Source: the human T2T-CHM13v2.0 reference genome, Homo sapiens. From it: 64,000 nucleotides of DNA. The position numbers and the translations under genes are program-made. The notes below the pieces were generated by a model that saw only the letters and a program-made list of their open reading frames with translations, had not been told where the DNA came from and made no database searches. Below are positions 1 through 15,435 of this stretch, one piece after another (within the stretch, counting starts at the first letter, position 1; the number at the start of each line of letters is the position of its first letter). The stretch lies in NCBI RefSeq assembly GCF_009914755.1, contig NC_060932.1; one strand, written 5' to 3'.

Positions 1-1167
1 AAACATTCCCAATTTGTTGTACGAAATCAGTATGGCCCTGAATCCAGTATTGTCAAGTGCTATAGCAGAATGAAAATGTATTAAAATTACGGATCTATAA
101 CGCTTATGATCACGGATGCTAAAATCTTTTATGAAATATTGTCAGATCTCATTGAGCAATACATAAAAGGATAACACATGTTGGCCACATAGATTTAGTC
201 TAGAAATCTAAGATTACTTCAAAATACAAAAATCAATATATGCACTGATCAATATATGGCTGATATATATAATGTGAATCTGTATGTATATATAGTTATA
301 TATGTATTACTGTATACAGTTTAATATATAACCTAAAATATAGGTTGGGATATGTGCATGTATTTCCTAGTTGTGCCCATGGACAAAATGTATCAAGAAT
401 AATAAAAATCATTGCTAAAAAGACAAATCAGCCCATTAAAAATGGGCAAGTGTTCTGATCAAGGACCCAGGCATGCCACTAAAGAAGATGTACAAATTGT
501 GAATAAGTACATGAAAAGGCGCTGACATCATTATTAATCAAGTAAGTGGAAATTAAACCATCTTGGGCTACCACGTCACACCCACTAGAATAACTAAAAG
601 GAGAAAGACTGGCAATACCAAGTGTTGTTAAGGATGTTGAGCAACTGAACTCACAAGCACTGTGTGAAATGTAAAATGGTACAGTGCTTCCATTTCCAAG
701 AGGAATAAAATCAAGTGTTCATAGCAGTTTTTCATATCTAAATTGAAACTGCACAAAATTCTCATGATCAAATGAATAGATAAGCAAATGGTTTTATATT
801 TATGCAATGATTGCTACTCAGCAATACAAAGAATGGAATACTGATAGATGCAAAAACAGAGCTGAATCTCAAACAAGGAAGACTAGACAAAAATAGATAT
901 CAATATCTATAGATGTATGGACACTTCCATATGTCTGAATATAGATATTTAGATGCATAGCTGTGGTAGTATTTCATTTGTTTGCTTTCTAGGTAAATTA
1001 ATCTATGATGATGAAAATCAGAAGAGTGACTGTGCCTGAGTGCTATAGAAATGTTCTGTATCTTGATCAGAGGAGTAGTTACAAAGCTATATAGGTTTGC
1101 TAAAACTCATCAAACTGTGTCTTTCATATATGAGTATTTTATTTTGTTTAAATTGTCCCCCCAATAA
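1..1167 (+). mobile_element. Old L1M (L1MD/ME-like) ORF2 and 3' end remnant, interrupted by a TA-rich tract at about 245-340
   Basis: Degenerate L1 motifs: cccattaaaaatgggcaag, cacacccactagaataactaaa, ggcaataccaagtgttg. Ends at aataaa near 1165. Confidence 0.7.
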
Positions 1168-1699
1168 ACACTTATATTTAATGATTACTTGATAATTCTT
1201 TAAGGTAAATCTGATTATAAAAATACATATTAGTATACACAAAATACATATTATTCAACACACAATTAAAAACTTATTCTTCGCATAATTATTATTGTCT
1301 TATCAAAAAAGGAAGGTTAAATAGAGCAGCAAAAGCCTTTAAGAAAATTTTAAATTATGGAATTTCCCCGAGCTTGCAGGTAAGGTATTATTGGATGACA
1401 AAATAAAATGTGATATTTAGGACTTTTCATTATAAATCATTAAAACGGAGGTAAAATTCAAGAATTCAGCCAAGGAAACAAAACAATGTGCAGCTTCTTG
1501 AGATTGCTACTGGTGCTTTGTTTACAGCACTGAGACCTTTCCTGTCTTGCACATTCATAGAAATGAAAATAAAGAAATCCATAGAATCGAGAATGTTATA
1601 AAAGTAGTTACCAAACCTAGATGGAAGTTAACTTTTTCAAAAATTTCTAAAGAAATGTTCATTGACAGATAAAAGCAATAAGTGGTTGTTAGTTTTGGA

Positions 1700-1831
1700 T
1701 AAGTTAAATGTATATTTTCTTTTCCCAGGGCATTCCTGGCTTATGTCAACTGTCCTGGCAAATTGTAAATACCTCTTCCTATCACTCTCCCAAGTGACAT
1801 TGTTTGGGTGGCAAATTCCATGATCATCTTA
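1700..1831 (-). mobile_element. MER94-like hAT-Blackjack MITE
   Basis: Degenerate match to the recalled MER94 consensus (tgtcctggc...tcactctcccaagtgac...tttgggtggcaaatt...atgatcatctta), about 130 bp. Confidence 0.5.
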
Positions 1832-2339
1832 GTTTGGGAGACCTGGTCCATTTAGACATCAAGATAGGCACTTTTGGTTCATTTCTTCTACTAAGCAGTA
1901 AAGGGTTCTCTTCCCATTATCAGGTTCAGATTATGGTAGATCCATGATATCCAAAGCTTTCTTGATATTTTAATGTCACATGGCTGGAATTTTAGAAAAT
2001 TCTTGAATTTATATGAAATCTATTCATCTTTCACATATGTAGTCTTATTTTTAGCCTGTCTCTTAGGAAATAAAAAACAATTGTACCCATGTGCAAAGTA
2101 GCTTCTTGGGTGGGTTCTCAAAACTTTTTAAGTATAGGAAGATGACCATCAGAGAGCACTGGGCAAAGTCCCCAGGGATTGACAATACTCAGTGAATGCT
2201 ATGCCTATGATCATGGAGCACACACAGGACTTCTATTTAGAATAACAGGGTAATAGTATTAGCTTCAATTTAATAAAAACAATTTTAAATGCAAAATAGG
2301 AAGTCAAAGTTTGTTAATTTTCAACTATGCAATTATTGA

Positions 2340-3010
2340 ATACCTACAGACATTTTCCTATTTTTCCACGTTGATTTATGTAGCTGGAGTTCATTGTTTT
2401 TTTCTGTTGTAATCAACCTTCCATTGCAGTAATACTGCATAATTTGTTTCTCTATTCCTTATTACATTAACATAACTTTTAATTGATTCAATTTTTTGCT
2501 ATGATAAAGATGCTTTGGTGAACAGACATTCTGGTAGGCCTTGATGCACATGTGTAAGAGGATTTTTGTTTTTTAAGGGTATATATCTGGTGATAGAATC
2601 GCTGAGACCTTGGATATGGACACCTTTAACTTTAATAAATAATACTAGACTATTTTCCACAATTATTTTACAAATTTATGTTCTTACTAGAGTTTACAAA
2701 CCAGTTGCTCCTCTTAGTCTCAAGCATTTATTGTCTGTGTTTGCTTCTAATTTGATGGTTGAATAACGTGTTGTGAACGGAATGTGCCTTTGCCTGATAA
2801 CTAGTGGGCGTTGAGTGCTTTTTGATGACCGGCCGTTTGGGTTTTTTCTCTTCTAAAATGCTTGTTCCTGTCTTGGCTCCATGTTTATATTGGATTATTT
2901 GACTTTTTTCTTTATTGACTTTTAGAAGGTTTTTGACTATTTTAAATATTCCTTTTTTTTCACTTGCAATTTGTTGCAGTTATGTTCTATGAGTTTGTTA
3001 CTAAACTCTT
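2340..3010 (-). mobile_element. Old L1M (L1ME-like) remnant
   Basis: Antisense L1 3' motifs: ttttttgctatgataaagatgct, actattttccaca, ttgcctgataactagtg, gccgtttgggttttttctc. Confidence 0.6.
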
Positions 3011-4379
3011 TAGGTATGCTATAAACCAGTCTTATTTTCTGTCCACTTGAGGCAATACTTTCAAACATCTAGATTTTACGTTTCCTGGTTATACCAAATT
3101 TCTGCAGTATAAATTATCTTATTCCTATTATTTGCCTACTGTTGGCTTAGGACAGGTTTAGGCATTAGGCTTCTAAGCAAGTTACTCATCATCCATCTGA
3201 TTTTAAACTTCCAAAACATTGTTGTGTCCTCCGCTGTTCTTTGTAATTATTAATTTGTGTTTTTCTAGTCTCTTTACTATAATCTCAATGAGATTTTGGT
3301 CAACGGAAAAAGCAAAATGTGAGTCTTTACTATTTTATCATGTTTATATAGAGAATATTTTCACTATTTGACATGTATATCAAAAAAGGAAATAAAATAG
3401 TAGTCATTGTTTTGCAGCTTCAATGAAACTAAAAGCCATACGTGTGTACTTGAGTATTTGACTCTCTCAGCAATTTTATTCAGTACCTGAGCCTAGTGTT
3501 TCTATGGAGTGTTCACAGGCATCCTCTCATTCTACCCTTATTCATTTGGTCCCATTGGTCTTACAGGTTCCATTATATATGACAAGGAATCACAGTTCAA
3601 AAACCTTAATTATCTTGTTCTGGAGTACCACCAGCAGCAGTTGAAGAAATTAAACCAAGTTCTTCAGAATCCACCTGCAGCTCCCTCTCCTACTGAAAAA
3701 TATACCCAATTACCTAAGTTGGGCCCTTACCTGGTAGACTTAAACTGGGAGAAATTTTAATTCAGAACAATAAAACAGTAGCAAACTCTGCATGTTTGAT
3801 ATTTATGCAGGACAACATATTGAGTAATGTGTTTGTTGTTTTTTCTAATAAAAGGAGGACATGCTCTTGGGCATTGCACTTAATTTTCTATGCAGTTTGT
3901 GTCTCATCTTCTGAGAAAAATTTACTAATCTTTAGGGTTGGAAGAACTATTTCTAGATAATACTCACCTGGAGCCTTATGGAATTGAATTCAATTTCTGA
4001 CACATAAACGTTGTTACAGCAAATTGACTTTCAATAATATCTGAAATTTTTGTGTTAAAGGGATGATATAAACAATATCTCTTCTAATGGTAACTGGTAA
4101 CCTTTTGTTGACTTTTGAGATGAATTTGAAAGGGAAAATGCTACTGCTTTGAAACAGTTACCTCTTTCCAAGAAGAAAACCTCTCAGTTTTCTTAAAGGG
4201 TCGTATGGATTGCTTAAGATTAGTCCTCATCACTTAGAAGCATGGACATTCTTTTGCTTTTCTGTGCTTTCATTTTATATCACAACTAGGATACCTTCTA
4301 GGATTTACATTTCATTGTGAATGAAATGTAAATAAAATAACATAGTGTATTAGTAAATATCCCTGAATAACAAGGCATG

Positions 4380-5590
4380 TGATTTGTGATCTCTCTGAGT
4401 CATAATATATTTCTGAAATCTCCCTTAGAAATACTATGCATAGCTAATTATTGCCTTATAATGTATCCTATGGATTTTGAACCTGAAGTCATACTCATAC
4501 TTGTATCAGCTTATTTGATACTCATAGGGATCTTGCAGAAGCACGGAATAGCTGTAGTACTTTTTTGGGAGCACAGAACTTGGGCATAGAACATAGACTG
4601 TAGAGAATATTTTTTGAAGGAGTTTTGAAAACAACTGGACACAAGCCTGGAAGAAGGATAGGAGTCTGAGAAGTGTGGGGAAAGGGGAGTTCAGGCAGAC
4701 ACAGCCACCAATGAGAGGGACCACTGCTGCAAAGAGAGGATTTCATATTTAGAGAATGGCAATGACTTTGGAATAGTAAAATAGAGAAGATGATATTTTA
4801 ATGTCAAGACTTATAGATAGATCATTAAGGACAGTGAATATTATTCTAAATGATACTGATTGTGTCCTGAAGATGATGATGATCCATGAAAGAACTTATT
4901 GTTGAAGAATCACATGATCACATAAGTTGAAATTTTATGTTTCAAAAAGATGACTTCAGCAGCAGCGCATAGAACAAATCAGGGATTTTATATGGAACAC
5001 TATATGATCAGTTTTTCATGATTATGGAAATCTAAGCAAGGAAAAGTAACAGGATAAGCTAAATGAGGTAGAAAGACTTAAGGAAAGTACACAGTTGGGA
5101 AATTATCTGGAGATTTTAGTAGAACTTGACCCATTGATTGTATAGGGCCAAAGTGAAGGAAGAAATCAAATACGAAGTTCAGTTTCATGGCTTGGGGCAT
5201 AAGAGTTGTGATGACACTATTAATAGATTACATGGAAAGACAGGCATGTTTTCGTAGGGAAAGGCTAACTTTCAGTGTCCATGTGCTGATTCTAGGGACT
5301 TTCCAAGAGGACCTGATAGTGTGTGGTGCATGTGTTGTGTGTGGTGTATCTGTTGTGTGTTCTGTATGTGTATCTGGAGTTCAGAGAAATCTCTGGCCTA
5401 GAGATAGAATCAGTGATTGGCCCTTGAGTGCATGAGGTAAGTATAGATTTGAAAGCCCTTGTCTAGTGAGGGAAGCATTCCCACAAAAAAGGTATGGAAG
5501 AAACAGAAAAGAAAAAGAAAAAGAAAAAAAAAGTCACCCAATCAAAACATCCTGGATAGCAGCAATATTTAAGGGGCAAAAGGAAAGACC
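4380..5590 (-). mobile_element. L2 LINE remnant
   Basis: Purine-rich antisense L2 motifs such as aagtgaaggaagaaatcaaa and tatctggagttcagagaaatctctggcctagagataga. Boundaries approximate. Confidence 0.55.
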
Positions 5591-6031
5591 ACAAATTAGG
5601 TTAAGAGATAATTGTCTTTAAAAAAACACAATTCATTCCCTATTTTGCATTAATAAAGCATATAATCTTAGACAAGCATTCAAAATCCTTCACAACCTGG
5701 CCGAAACTGCTTTTAGAAGAATGAAAGAGAGGGGAATGATATTTAGGGAAGGAGAAAGAGAAGAGGAAGGAGGAAGAGCAAGAGGGAGAAGAAATGCTGT
5801 GTGATTTGTGGTTGAATTGAATTGTACAGCGTCAGGGAAGGTGGAGAGCTTGACTTGACTGCCACTTGCTTGGCAGGACAAAATAAGGAATTGAGATAGA
5901 ATTAGTCACCCTGGTTCTTGTCAGAGCAGCTCTGTGAATAACCTGAGAGCAGGAAAATAGTGTCACAAAGCCAATGGGAAGTGAGGCTGCCCAGAGTGAA
6001 CCCTGCGGCCTGCTGGCTATAAGAAAGCACC

Positions 6032-6339
<308 letters not shown>

Positions 6340-7220
6340 AAGAAAACACCAGTCCCTAGCAGAACTTCATCCTCCATCATGCTTCCCTTCGTTAGCCCGC
6401 TGGATCTCCAGTTGAGGTGCTATCTAATCTAGGACATCAGGATAGGAAGGGGTATTTACGTCACATGTGTGAAGCTGAGTCCTCTGTCCTGATTGACATC
6501 AGCCTGGCCATTCCTCATGATTATGCAGTGACGTGTTCTGCTCCTGCCATCTGCTCCCACTGCTGTTCCTGGAGGTAAACATGCCCCGGCTATCCCAGCT
6601 TCAGAGCATGATCCTCTTACTGCCTCATGGGAGCCTGGACCCAGAAACTTTCTCGCATATTCTATAGCAAGGCACAGCCGAGATCACCATGAAATCCTTA
6701 GGAAGCCTTTCTAATGGCTCAGGGCAAACAGAAGGGGATGGCATCTGGTGCCATGTGGCTGCTTCCAGGATTCATGGTTCCAGTCTTTTCCCATAGAGTT
6801 GCTAACTACCTGCTTCCATAAGCAACTGGCTAGGTCCCAGTTCACTCTTCAGAAGAGAGGCCTCTCCCTTCACCCTCCAGGGAGGCCCTTTCTGGTCTCT
6901 CTGTAGATTCTATCAACTGGGAAGAAAGCAACTCTCCTCAACTCAGCCAGTTATTCCACCGCCCTTTAGTGAGACAGACTCGTTTCACCCACAGAAACTA
7001 AATCCCATATTCTCTAGTTTTAAATTTTGAAAACTGTCTTCTCAACCATAACCTATATAACCTATTGATTAGAAGACGACTTTTCTGTGTCGCTTTTACT
7101 GTTGCTTCCGAGTATTCCAAAATATAATTTTTCCAAAATTTATGTCTTCCAGTTATAATTCCAAGTTTTTTTTTTTTTAATAAACAAACTAAGTATTACA
7201 AATTTCTCTTCAGGAATTTT

Positions 7221-7531
<311 letters not shown>

Positions 7532-7842
7532 CATGAATTTTTTTAGTAAAATTGATTTGCTTTTATAATAGAAGATTATTTAGACTGTAGTTTAAGATTC
7601 TAAATGGAACATGACAAGTTTAAGAATTCAAAAATCTTCATCAATATCACTTGTTGGATCCTACCTTTTCAAGATAATGACTACATCTTTACAATTGCTG
7701 CCTTTAGCACTGCAAATTATTGAACTGACAGACTGAAATCTATGGGTTTGATCTACCTCTTGTATTTGCTTTTTCCTCTTATCTCTCTTCCATTTTAATG
7801 TTCCCATTGATCTCAGAGACTTTGATAGAAAGACACAATTTC

Positions 7843-7866
7843 TTTTTTTTTTTTTTTTTTTTTTTT
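7843..7866. repeat. Poly-T tract (24 nt)
   Basis: Direct reading. No adjacent element body or TSD. Confidence 0.9.
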
Positions 7867-9571
7867 GCTATCTATCATCATGGGCTTGCTGAATATGCTT
7901 AAACTATGGTCAGAAGTAAAAATGAACAGAAAGCTAATTTTTCACAATGCTTGTCTGAATTGGTCAAGGAGAATAGAACATTACTCTGCTGCTATTCAGA
8001 TGCTTTGCCATGGCTGGTACAGCGTGATGCACAGTTACAAAGAACTTTGCGTATGAACATGTTCTGTTCCAGTATCAAATTCTGAAAGGGGACTGCTTTT
8101 TTCCAGAGAACTGGCAATTCTCCATTGACAAGCATGAACAGTGGATAACAAAGCAAACCTTGTTTACTGGTACTTATTCATTTAAAGCTCTATCAGGCAA
8201 TCTGACTGAAATGATAGTTTTGTTCTGCAAAATCAAAAGATATTTAAAATTAGATAGGTTGTTAAGTAGATAATTTTTAGTGAACACATTTTAAATTACT
8301 AGGGGATATTTGGTTGCAACTCTTTTTGTGCATACAACATATTACATGTCATAATATAAATTTCACTTATTTATTTGTCCCTTGTTTTCTTTCCCTGCTA
8401 CATTCACAGACCCTAGAAGAGCGCAAGGTCCCTAATATGCACTCAAATATGTAGTGAATGTGTAAATAGAAGTAACTCTTCAAAATATGCAACTCTTATG
8501 TTAACAGTTGGGAAACTCTTTGGAAAAAATATTATCTCCAACTATGAATTCTACTGTTAAATACTTATTATGCTCCTTGGCTTTATTAAATGGTATGGCT
8601 ATACAACATCAGAAGATAAAGTTCATTCTTCTGAATATTACTCTAACATTTTGGTCAAAGAATGAGTCATCCCTTATTTATAGGTTTTTAAATTTGCTTT
8701 TAGCTTATTTTATGTATGTCATAAATTAAGACAATAGTGACTCTAACTCATAGAAACTATGCTTCCCCCTCCCCAGCAGGAAAAATAATCTTTCATCTCC
8801 CACACACACACACAAAAAATGTTGAATTAGGTGTCAGGTGTTTATACTATTTTGGATAGAACAGTGTTGAGTTCTGCTTTGATGAGCTTCACAGGCATAG
8901 CTTTGCTTACTGAAAAGAGAGCAATTAGCTTCATATTGCTCGATTTAATTAAGTGAGGTCAATTTAACTTAACGTTTAGTCTCCATCCCCAGCCAGAGAT
9001 TCCCATTCACCTTGCTCCAGCAAGTTGTCAGAGTGAGAAAAGATTAATTTTCTATATCACAGTGCAGTCAGTGACAGAGATGAGGCTTTAGCAAACTGAT
9101 GTTTGGATGTACAGAAATCATTTTTGCAGGTAGTGATTTATTCAAGCAAGAATCAGGAAAATGTCAAAACGTATCCAAAAATTATTTTGTGTCCTGTATA
9201 CTGATGTTTGCTGTAGAGTTTGTTCATCCTTGTACTCATCTCCAGATAGAGCTTTTGTATCTGGAAAGAGTACAATTGACTTAATATTGCTTAATTTAAG
9301 TGAAGCAATTAAATTTACGTCATCTTCAGCCACGGACACTCATCGACCATGTTCTGCATATTATCTGCTTGAAAATTGCTGCCACTATGGCCATGCCATT
9401 TTTATTTTCCTTCTTCAGTGATTTGCAACTATAATTTTCAGATAGTAACAGAAACCCTGGATTGGAAAACCTTAGTGGTTCCTAAAAAGATCGAGATATA
9501 TGTTGATACATACATTTGTCATATAACCAATGGGCATTACTAGTTGAACCTAAAGTCGCATTGTAACTTAA

Positions 9572-11093
<1,522 letters not shown>

Positions 11094-11263
11094 TCTTTGA
11101 AATTAGGAAAGCAAAAGAGTCTGTTTCTAAACCAACTTTTCCTATATGTCACTCAGGTATTGAATCTTGTGTATGTAAAACCTTTCATATCACATTCCTT
11201 CAAATCACATTGACCTCTCTGGACCGTGATTATATGTAATGGTCCTGATAAGAAAATATATTT

Positions 11264-11598
11264 GGCCAAGTGCGGTAGCTCATGCCTATAATCCCAGCAC
11301 TTTGTGAGGCCTTGGCAGGCAGATTGCTTGAGCCCACGAGTTTGAGGCCAGCCTGAGCAACAGAACAAAACCTCATCGCTACGAAAAAAAAAAAAAATAC
11401 AAAATACAAAAATTGGCCAGACATGGTGGCATGCGCCTGTAGTCCCAGCTATTCAGGAAGCTGAGATGGGAGGATCCTGTCAGCCTGGCAATTCGAGGTT
11501 GCAGTGAGTCATGATCACACCAGTGGACCCCAGGCTGGGCAAGTTTGCAAGATTCTATCTCAAAAAAAAAAAAAAAAGGTAAAGAAAAAAAGAAAGAA
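11264..11598 (+). mobile_element. AluJ
   Basis: Diverged dimer with J-type gattgcttgagccca and gggaggatc, expanded middle A region and A tail. Confidence 0.9.
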
Positions 11599-12286
11599 TA
11601 AAGTAAATTTGTTTCACTCAAGTATTATTTTGAGAGAGATTTAGAAAGCCATTAATTAGTTTGCATATCATTATGATTTTTTCTAATAATTTAAAAATTA
11701 CCTTAGATAAGTATTATTTTAAAATACATGATTACTTAATGAAGGAATCTAAATTTTAACTTATAATTTGATGTTATGTGGCTACTTCTTGTGCTTTATT
11801 TCTCTTATTGAAATGTAAAAATATAATTTAATTACAATTCCTTTAATTTGTATGATAACACTTAAGCAAGTTAAATCATTAATAATCTTTTTCTAAAATG
11901 TTTAATATTTCCCAACTTCCTGAAAAAAATCTACACATCTTTAGGAAGGACCATATTTGTGAAAAATTATAATTCCTGACTATTAATTTTATTGCTACAT
12001 ACTTCATACAAACACAAACCAGTTTACATTGTTAACATAAAGACAATCAAATGTAAATAAGGCCACAAATTGTAGATTTACTATTAAGACCAAGTCATTC
12101 CATTCCTTATATTACTGCCATTAAGTAACAATTTGTTTTTTTCTCTAATAGTAAAGGAAAGAAAATATGTACCTCTCATCTGAAGATATGCACACACAAA
12201 CACATAAACAGAGTATACATTATAAGATGCATTTTTCTTGTTTTACTTTAGTGTGATAGTTGACAAAGACAAAACCTTAACACATC

Positions 12287-12340
12287 CGTGTGTGTATACA
12301 TGTATATGCATGTGTATATATATATGTATATATGTATGTT
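12287..12340. repeat. (TG)/(TA) compound microsatellite
   Basis: gtgtgtgtatacatgtatatgcatgtgtatatatatatgtatatatgtatg. Confidence 0.8.
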
Positions 12341-12511
12341 ATAAAGCATATTAATACCAAAAGAATCTGTGAATCTATTACCCAATATAAGAAGTGGAGC
12401 ATGACAACTGTAGTACACATGGTTTTTACTATATTTGTATTTTATTCTATTTTCCTTTAAGAGATAATACGAGTTGGAGTTATATTCAATATTTCCTTTA
12501 CTTTTTAAGAA

Positions 12512-12770
12512 ACTTTTAAGATTTTAATTAGTCATAATTTCTAGGAAGTTGCAAAGAAATCTACAGAGAGATCCAGTGTACACTTCACCCAACTTCTCCC
12601 AAATTTAACATCTTGCATAACTGCAGTACCTGATTATGAAAAGCAGGAAACTGACCTTGGTACAACCCACAGAGTTATTCGGTTACACGTGCACTCGTTT
12701 TTATGTATAAGTCATTTTATCATATGTATATTTCTGTGAAACTTCCATCACAACTAAGATATTTAACTTA
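12512..12770 (-). mobile_element. L1MC/MD-like 3' end fragment
   Basis: aagttgcaaagaaatctacagagagatccagtgtacacttcacccaacttctccc...aacatcttgcataact is typical of antisense L1MC 3' ends. Confidence 0.6.
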
Positions 12771-13127
12771 TTAAATAATATGCCAGGCAGAGTGATTGTT
12801 TCACATTTTTATATAGATGAAGAGTATTTTAAAACACTTATTTTCTTTCTGTAACTTTTCCATCTTTGTCATTTGTGGTTGATTTGTTTTCCTCAGTGAT
12901 ATTTGTGTTTCAGGGTTTTCAATGAACAATAATTTCAATGAATAATTTCAGTGAATAATAATTTATTTCACAAAAAGACATCATAGGGCACACAGATGGT
13001 ATGGTTGTATCTATATTAAAAGACTTTGAATAACTGACATCAATAGTGTATTTTTAAAACTCACATGTATACTCATATTTCACACTTAAATTTTCCAGTT
13101 AAATTCCTAAGTCAAAAATGAAGTTCG

Positions 13128-13345
13128 ACTTCTGCTTCTGAGAAAACTGGAGTAGGAGCAATTCTGCTTCTTCCTCCCACTTAAATGCAACTTAATATCT
13201 TGGACATCACATAGAGAAAAATGTATAAAGACCTAGAAAGGGAGGGAGAAGACAGCCCACTCTTAGGGAGCTCAGAACTGGGAAGGACATGGTGGCAAGA
13301 GCCCTGGTATTTCTTATTTGCCTCACATATTCCAGTTGGATAGAA
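13128..13345 (+). mobile_element. Old L1M 5'UTR start fragment
   Basis: gacttctgcttctgagaaaactggagtag...cctcccacttaaatgcaact...gccctggtatttcttatttgcctcacatat resembles L1M 5' end consensus. Confidence 0.55.
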
Positions 13346-13542
13346 ACTTAAAATCCCTCCGTTATTCTAGTTCCTTGTTAAGTAATACATTGATTAACCT
13401 ACCATTTTTAGATTTTTATTTACTTCATTAGCTGTAGTGAACTCTTCTTTGGACTGTCTGTGTTTTGGTTTGTAGTTTTTATTTGATTTCTTCATTTCCC
13501 TCACAGTGTTAAGTTAAAGCCTTTGCAGAGGTCCCAACTAGG

Positions 13543-13712
13543 AGCTGAGTGTAGTGGCTTGCACTTGTAATCCCAGCTACTTGGGTGGTTAAGGCAGGAG
13601 GATCACTGGAGCCGAGGAGTTAGAGGCTGCAGTGAGTTATGCACTGAGTGTTCACCCACTGCACTCTAGTCTTGATGACAGAGTGGGACCCCATGTGTAA
13701 AATAATAATAAT
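13543..13712 (+). mobile_element. Alu monomer (FAM/FRAM-like)
   Basis: Single monomer with right-arm features, an extra ~12 nt before ccactgcact (FAM-like) and an (aat)n tail. Confidence 0.8.
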
Positions 13713-14300
13713 GAAGTAAAAATAAATAGGTAATCGTGGAAATGAGGGTGGTAAATATGTAAACAGAAGACTCATCTAGCCATTGAACTTCCTTTCCCTT
13801 TTTGCTCTTCATATTTGCACCTGGGGCTGTGAGAGTGGTACTTTGGACATTGTGTTCTAGTTCTAATGTCCGCTCACCTCTGTGGCTATAGAGACCAGGA
13901 GCGGACCAGCCTCAGTGACGACAGCATGTTGTTGTTTAAGTAATGTTCCTACTTTCACACCTCAACATTGGTCCTTTGGAACAAGGTTACATTTTTTTTA
14001 ATTAAAGAGGCTTAATGTATATTTATTATTTCATAAATAAAACCCACAAATACATCTATATAAAATAAATAAATGGAGAAAATCAGATTAGTCTAAAATT
14101 ATTTCACATAAAATAACTAAGGAAACAACCTATGAAAAAACTTAAAAGATATGATAATGATTCTAGTGCAATTAACATTATTTTGACACAACATCTAATT
14201 CTGAACTCCTTATCATGTAAATTAAAAAAAAATCTGGAATCACATGTATGACATATGTGGGGATACAGTAATAATAGAGTGAGGCATAAGATTTATCTCG

Positions 14301-15417
14301 TGTATTGGTTATCTATTGCTGCATAAAAACATGTAGCAAACTTAGTCATTTAAAATAGTACTCTTTTGTTTCCTCATAGTTTCCATAGTCAGAAGTGCAG
14401 GCATGACATATCCAGATTGATTCTATGCAGTCTCACAATGCTACAATTGTAGTGTCATCCAGGCTGTGTTTGCATCTGGAACTTGGGGGTTCTACCAAGC
14501 TTGTGTAGGTTTGTGGCAAAATCCAGTTCTTTGCATTTCTAGGACTGAGGTCCCCACATTCTTGCCGCATGCTGGCCAAGGGCTGCTCTGGGTTCCTAAT
14601 GGGCACCTCCTGGAGGACTTGGGCATGCAACCATCTCCACAGGGCAGCTTTCCTCTTCCAAAGGCACAGGAGGATCTGTCCCAGCTTGATCCTCTGACCC
14701 TTTGTAGGAGCTCCCACCTGATCGATCAAGTATGGCCACCCAGTTAATCTCCTTCAAACTGATTAATTCAAAATTGACTGATTTGGGAGATGACAGCTAC
14801 AAAATCCTTCCACCTTTGTCATCTGATGGAATCTTAGAACAGGAGTGAAATCCACAACTGCCACAAGTCCAGTCCACAGCCAAGAGGCATTTCAGGGGCA
14901 AGAATCTGGGGGCCATCTGTATTAGTCAGGGTTCTCTAGAGGGACAGGACTAATAGGAAATATACATACATATATATATATTTCCTTTTACATATATATA
15001 ATGGGAGTTTATTAAGTATTATTAACTCACACAATCACAGTGTCCCACAATAGGCTGCCTGCCAACTGAGGAGCAAAGAAACCAGTTTGAGTCCCAAAGC
15101 TGAAGAACTTGGAGTCTGATGTTCAAGGGCAGGAAGCATCCAGCACAGGAGAAATATGTAGGCTGGGCCGCTAAGCCAGTCTAGTCTTTTCATGGTTTTC
15201 TGCCTGCTTTATATCCTGGCAAAGCTGGCAGCTGATTAGATTGTGCCCATCCAGATTAAGGGTGGGTCTGCCTTCCCCAGCCCACTGACTCAAATGTTAA
15301 TCTACTTTGGCAACACTCTCACAGACACACCCAGGTTCAATACTTTGCATCCTTCAATCCAATTAAGTTGACACTGAGTGTTAACCATCACACCATCCAA
15401 GAATTATTCCTAGCACA
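14301..15417 (-). mobile_element. MLT1 (MaLR, MLT1E/F-like) solo LTR interrupted by MLT2A
   Basis: TG...CA termini (tgtattggttatctattgctgc ... cctagcaca). 5-bp TSD tctcg (14296-14300) / tctca (15418-15422). Confidence 0.8.
14918..15392 (-). mobile_element. MLT2A (HERV-L) solo LTR
   Basis: tgtattagtcagggttctctagaggg ... gttgacactgagtgttaaccatcaca with an internal (TA)n. Perfect 5-bp TSD ccatc (14913-14917 / 15393-15397). Confidence 0.92.
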
Positions 15418-15435
15418 TCTCACAAGCTTTATTCT

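Noticed and set aside
1705-1730. Strong plus-strand acceptor ttttcttttcccag
   Set aside because: It lies within a probable MER94 remnant and has no convincing donor or reading frame.
3509-3760. 83-aa ORF with a protein-like look (HQQQLKKLNQVLQNPP)
   Set aside because: GTG start, no recognisable domain and no supporting plus-strand splice sites.
7843-7866. Solo poly(A) retroposition or processed pseudogene tail
   Set aside because: No TSD and no recognisable transcript body next to it.
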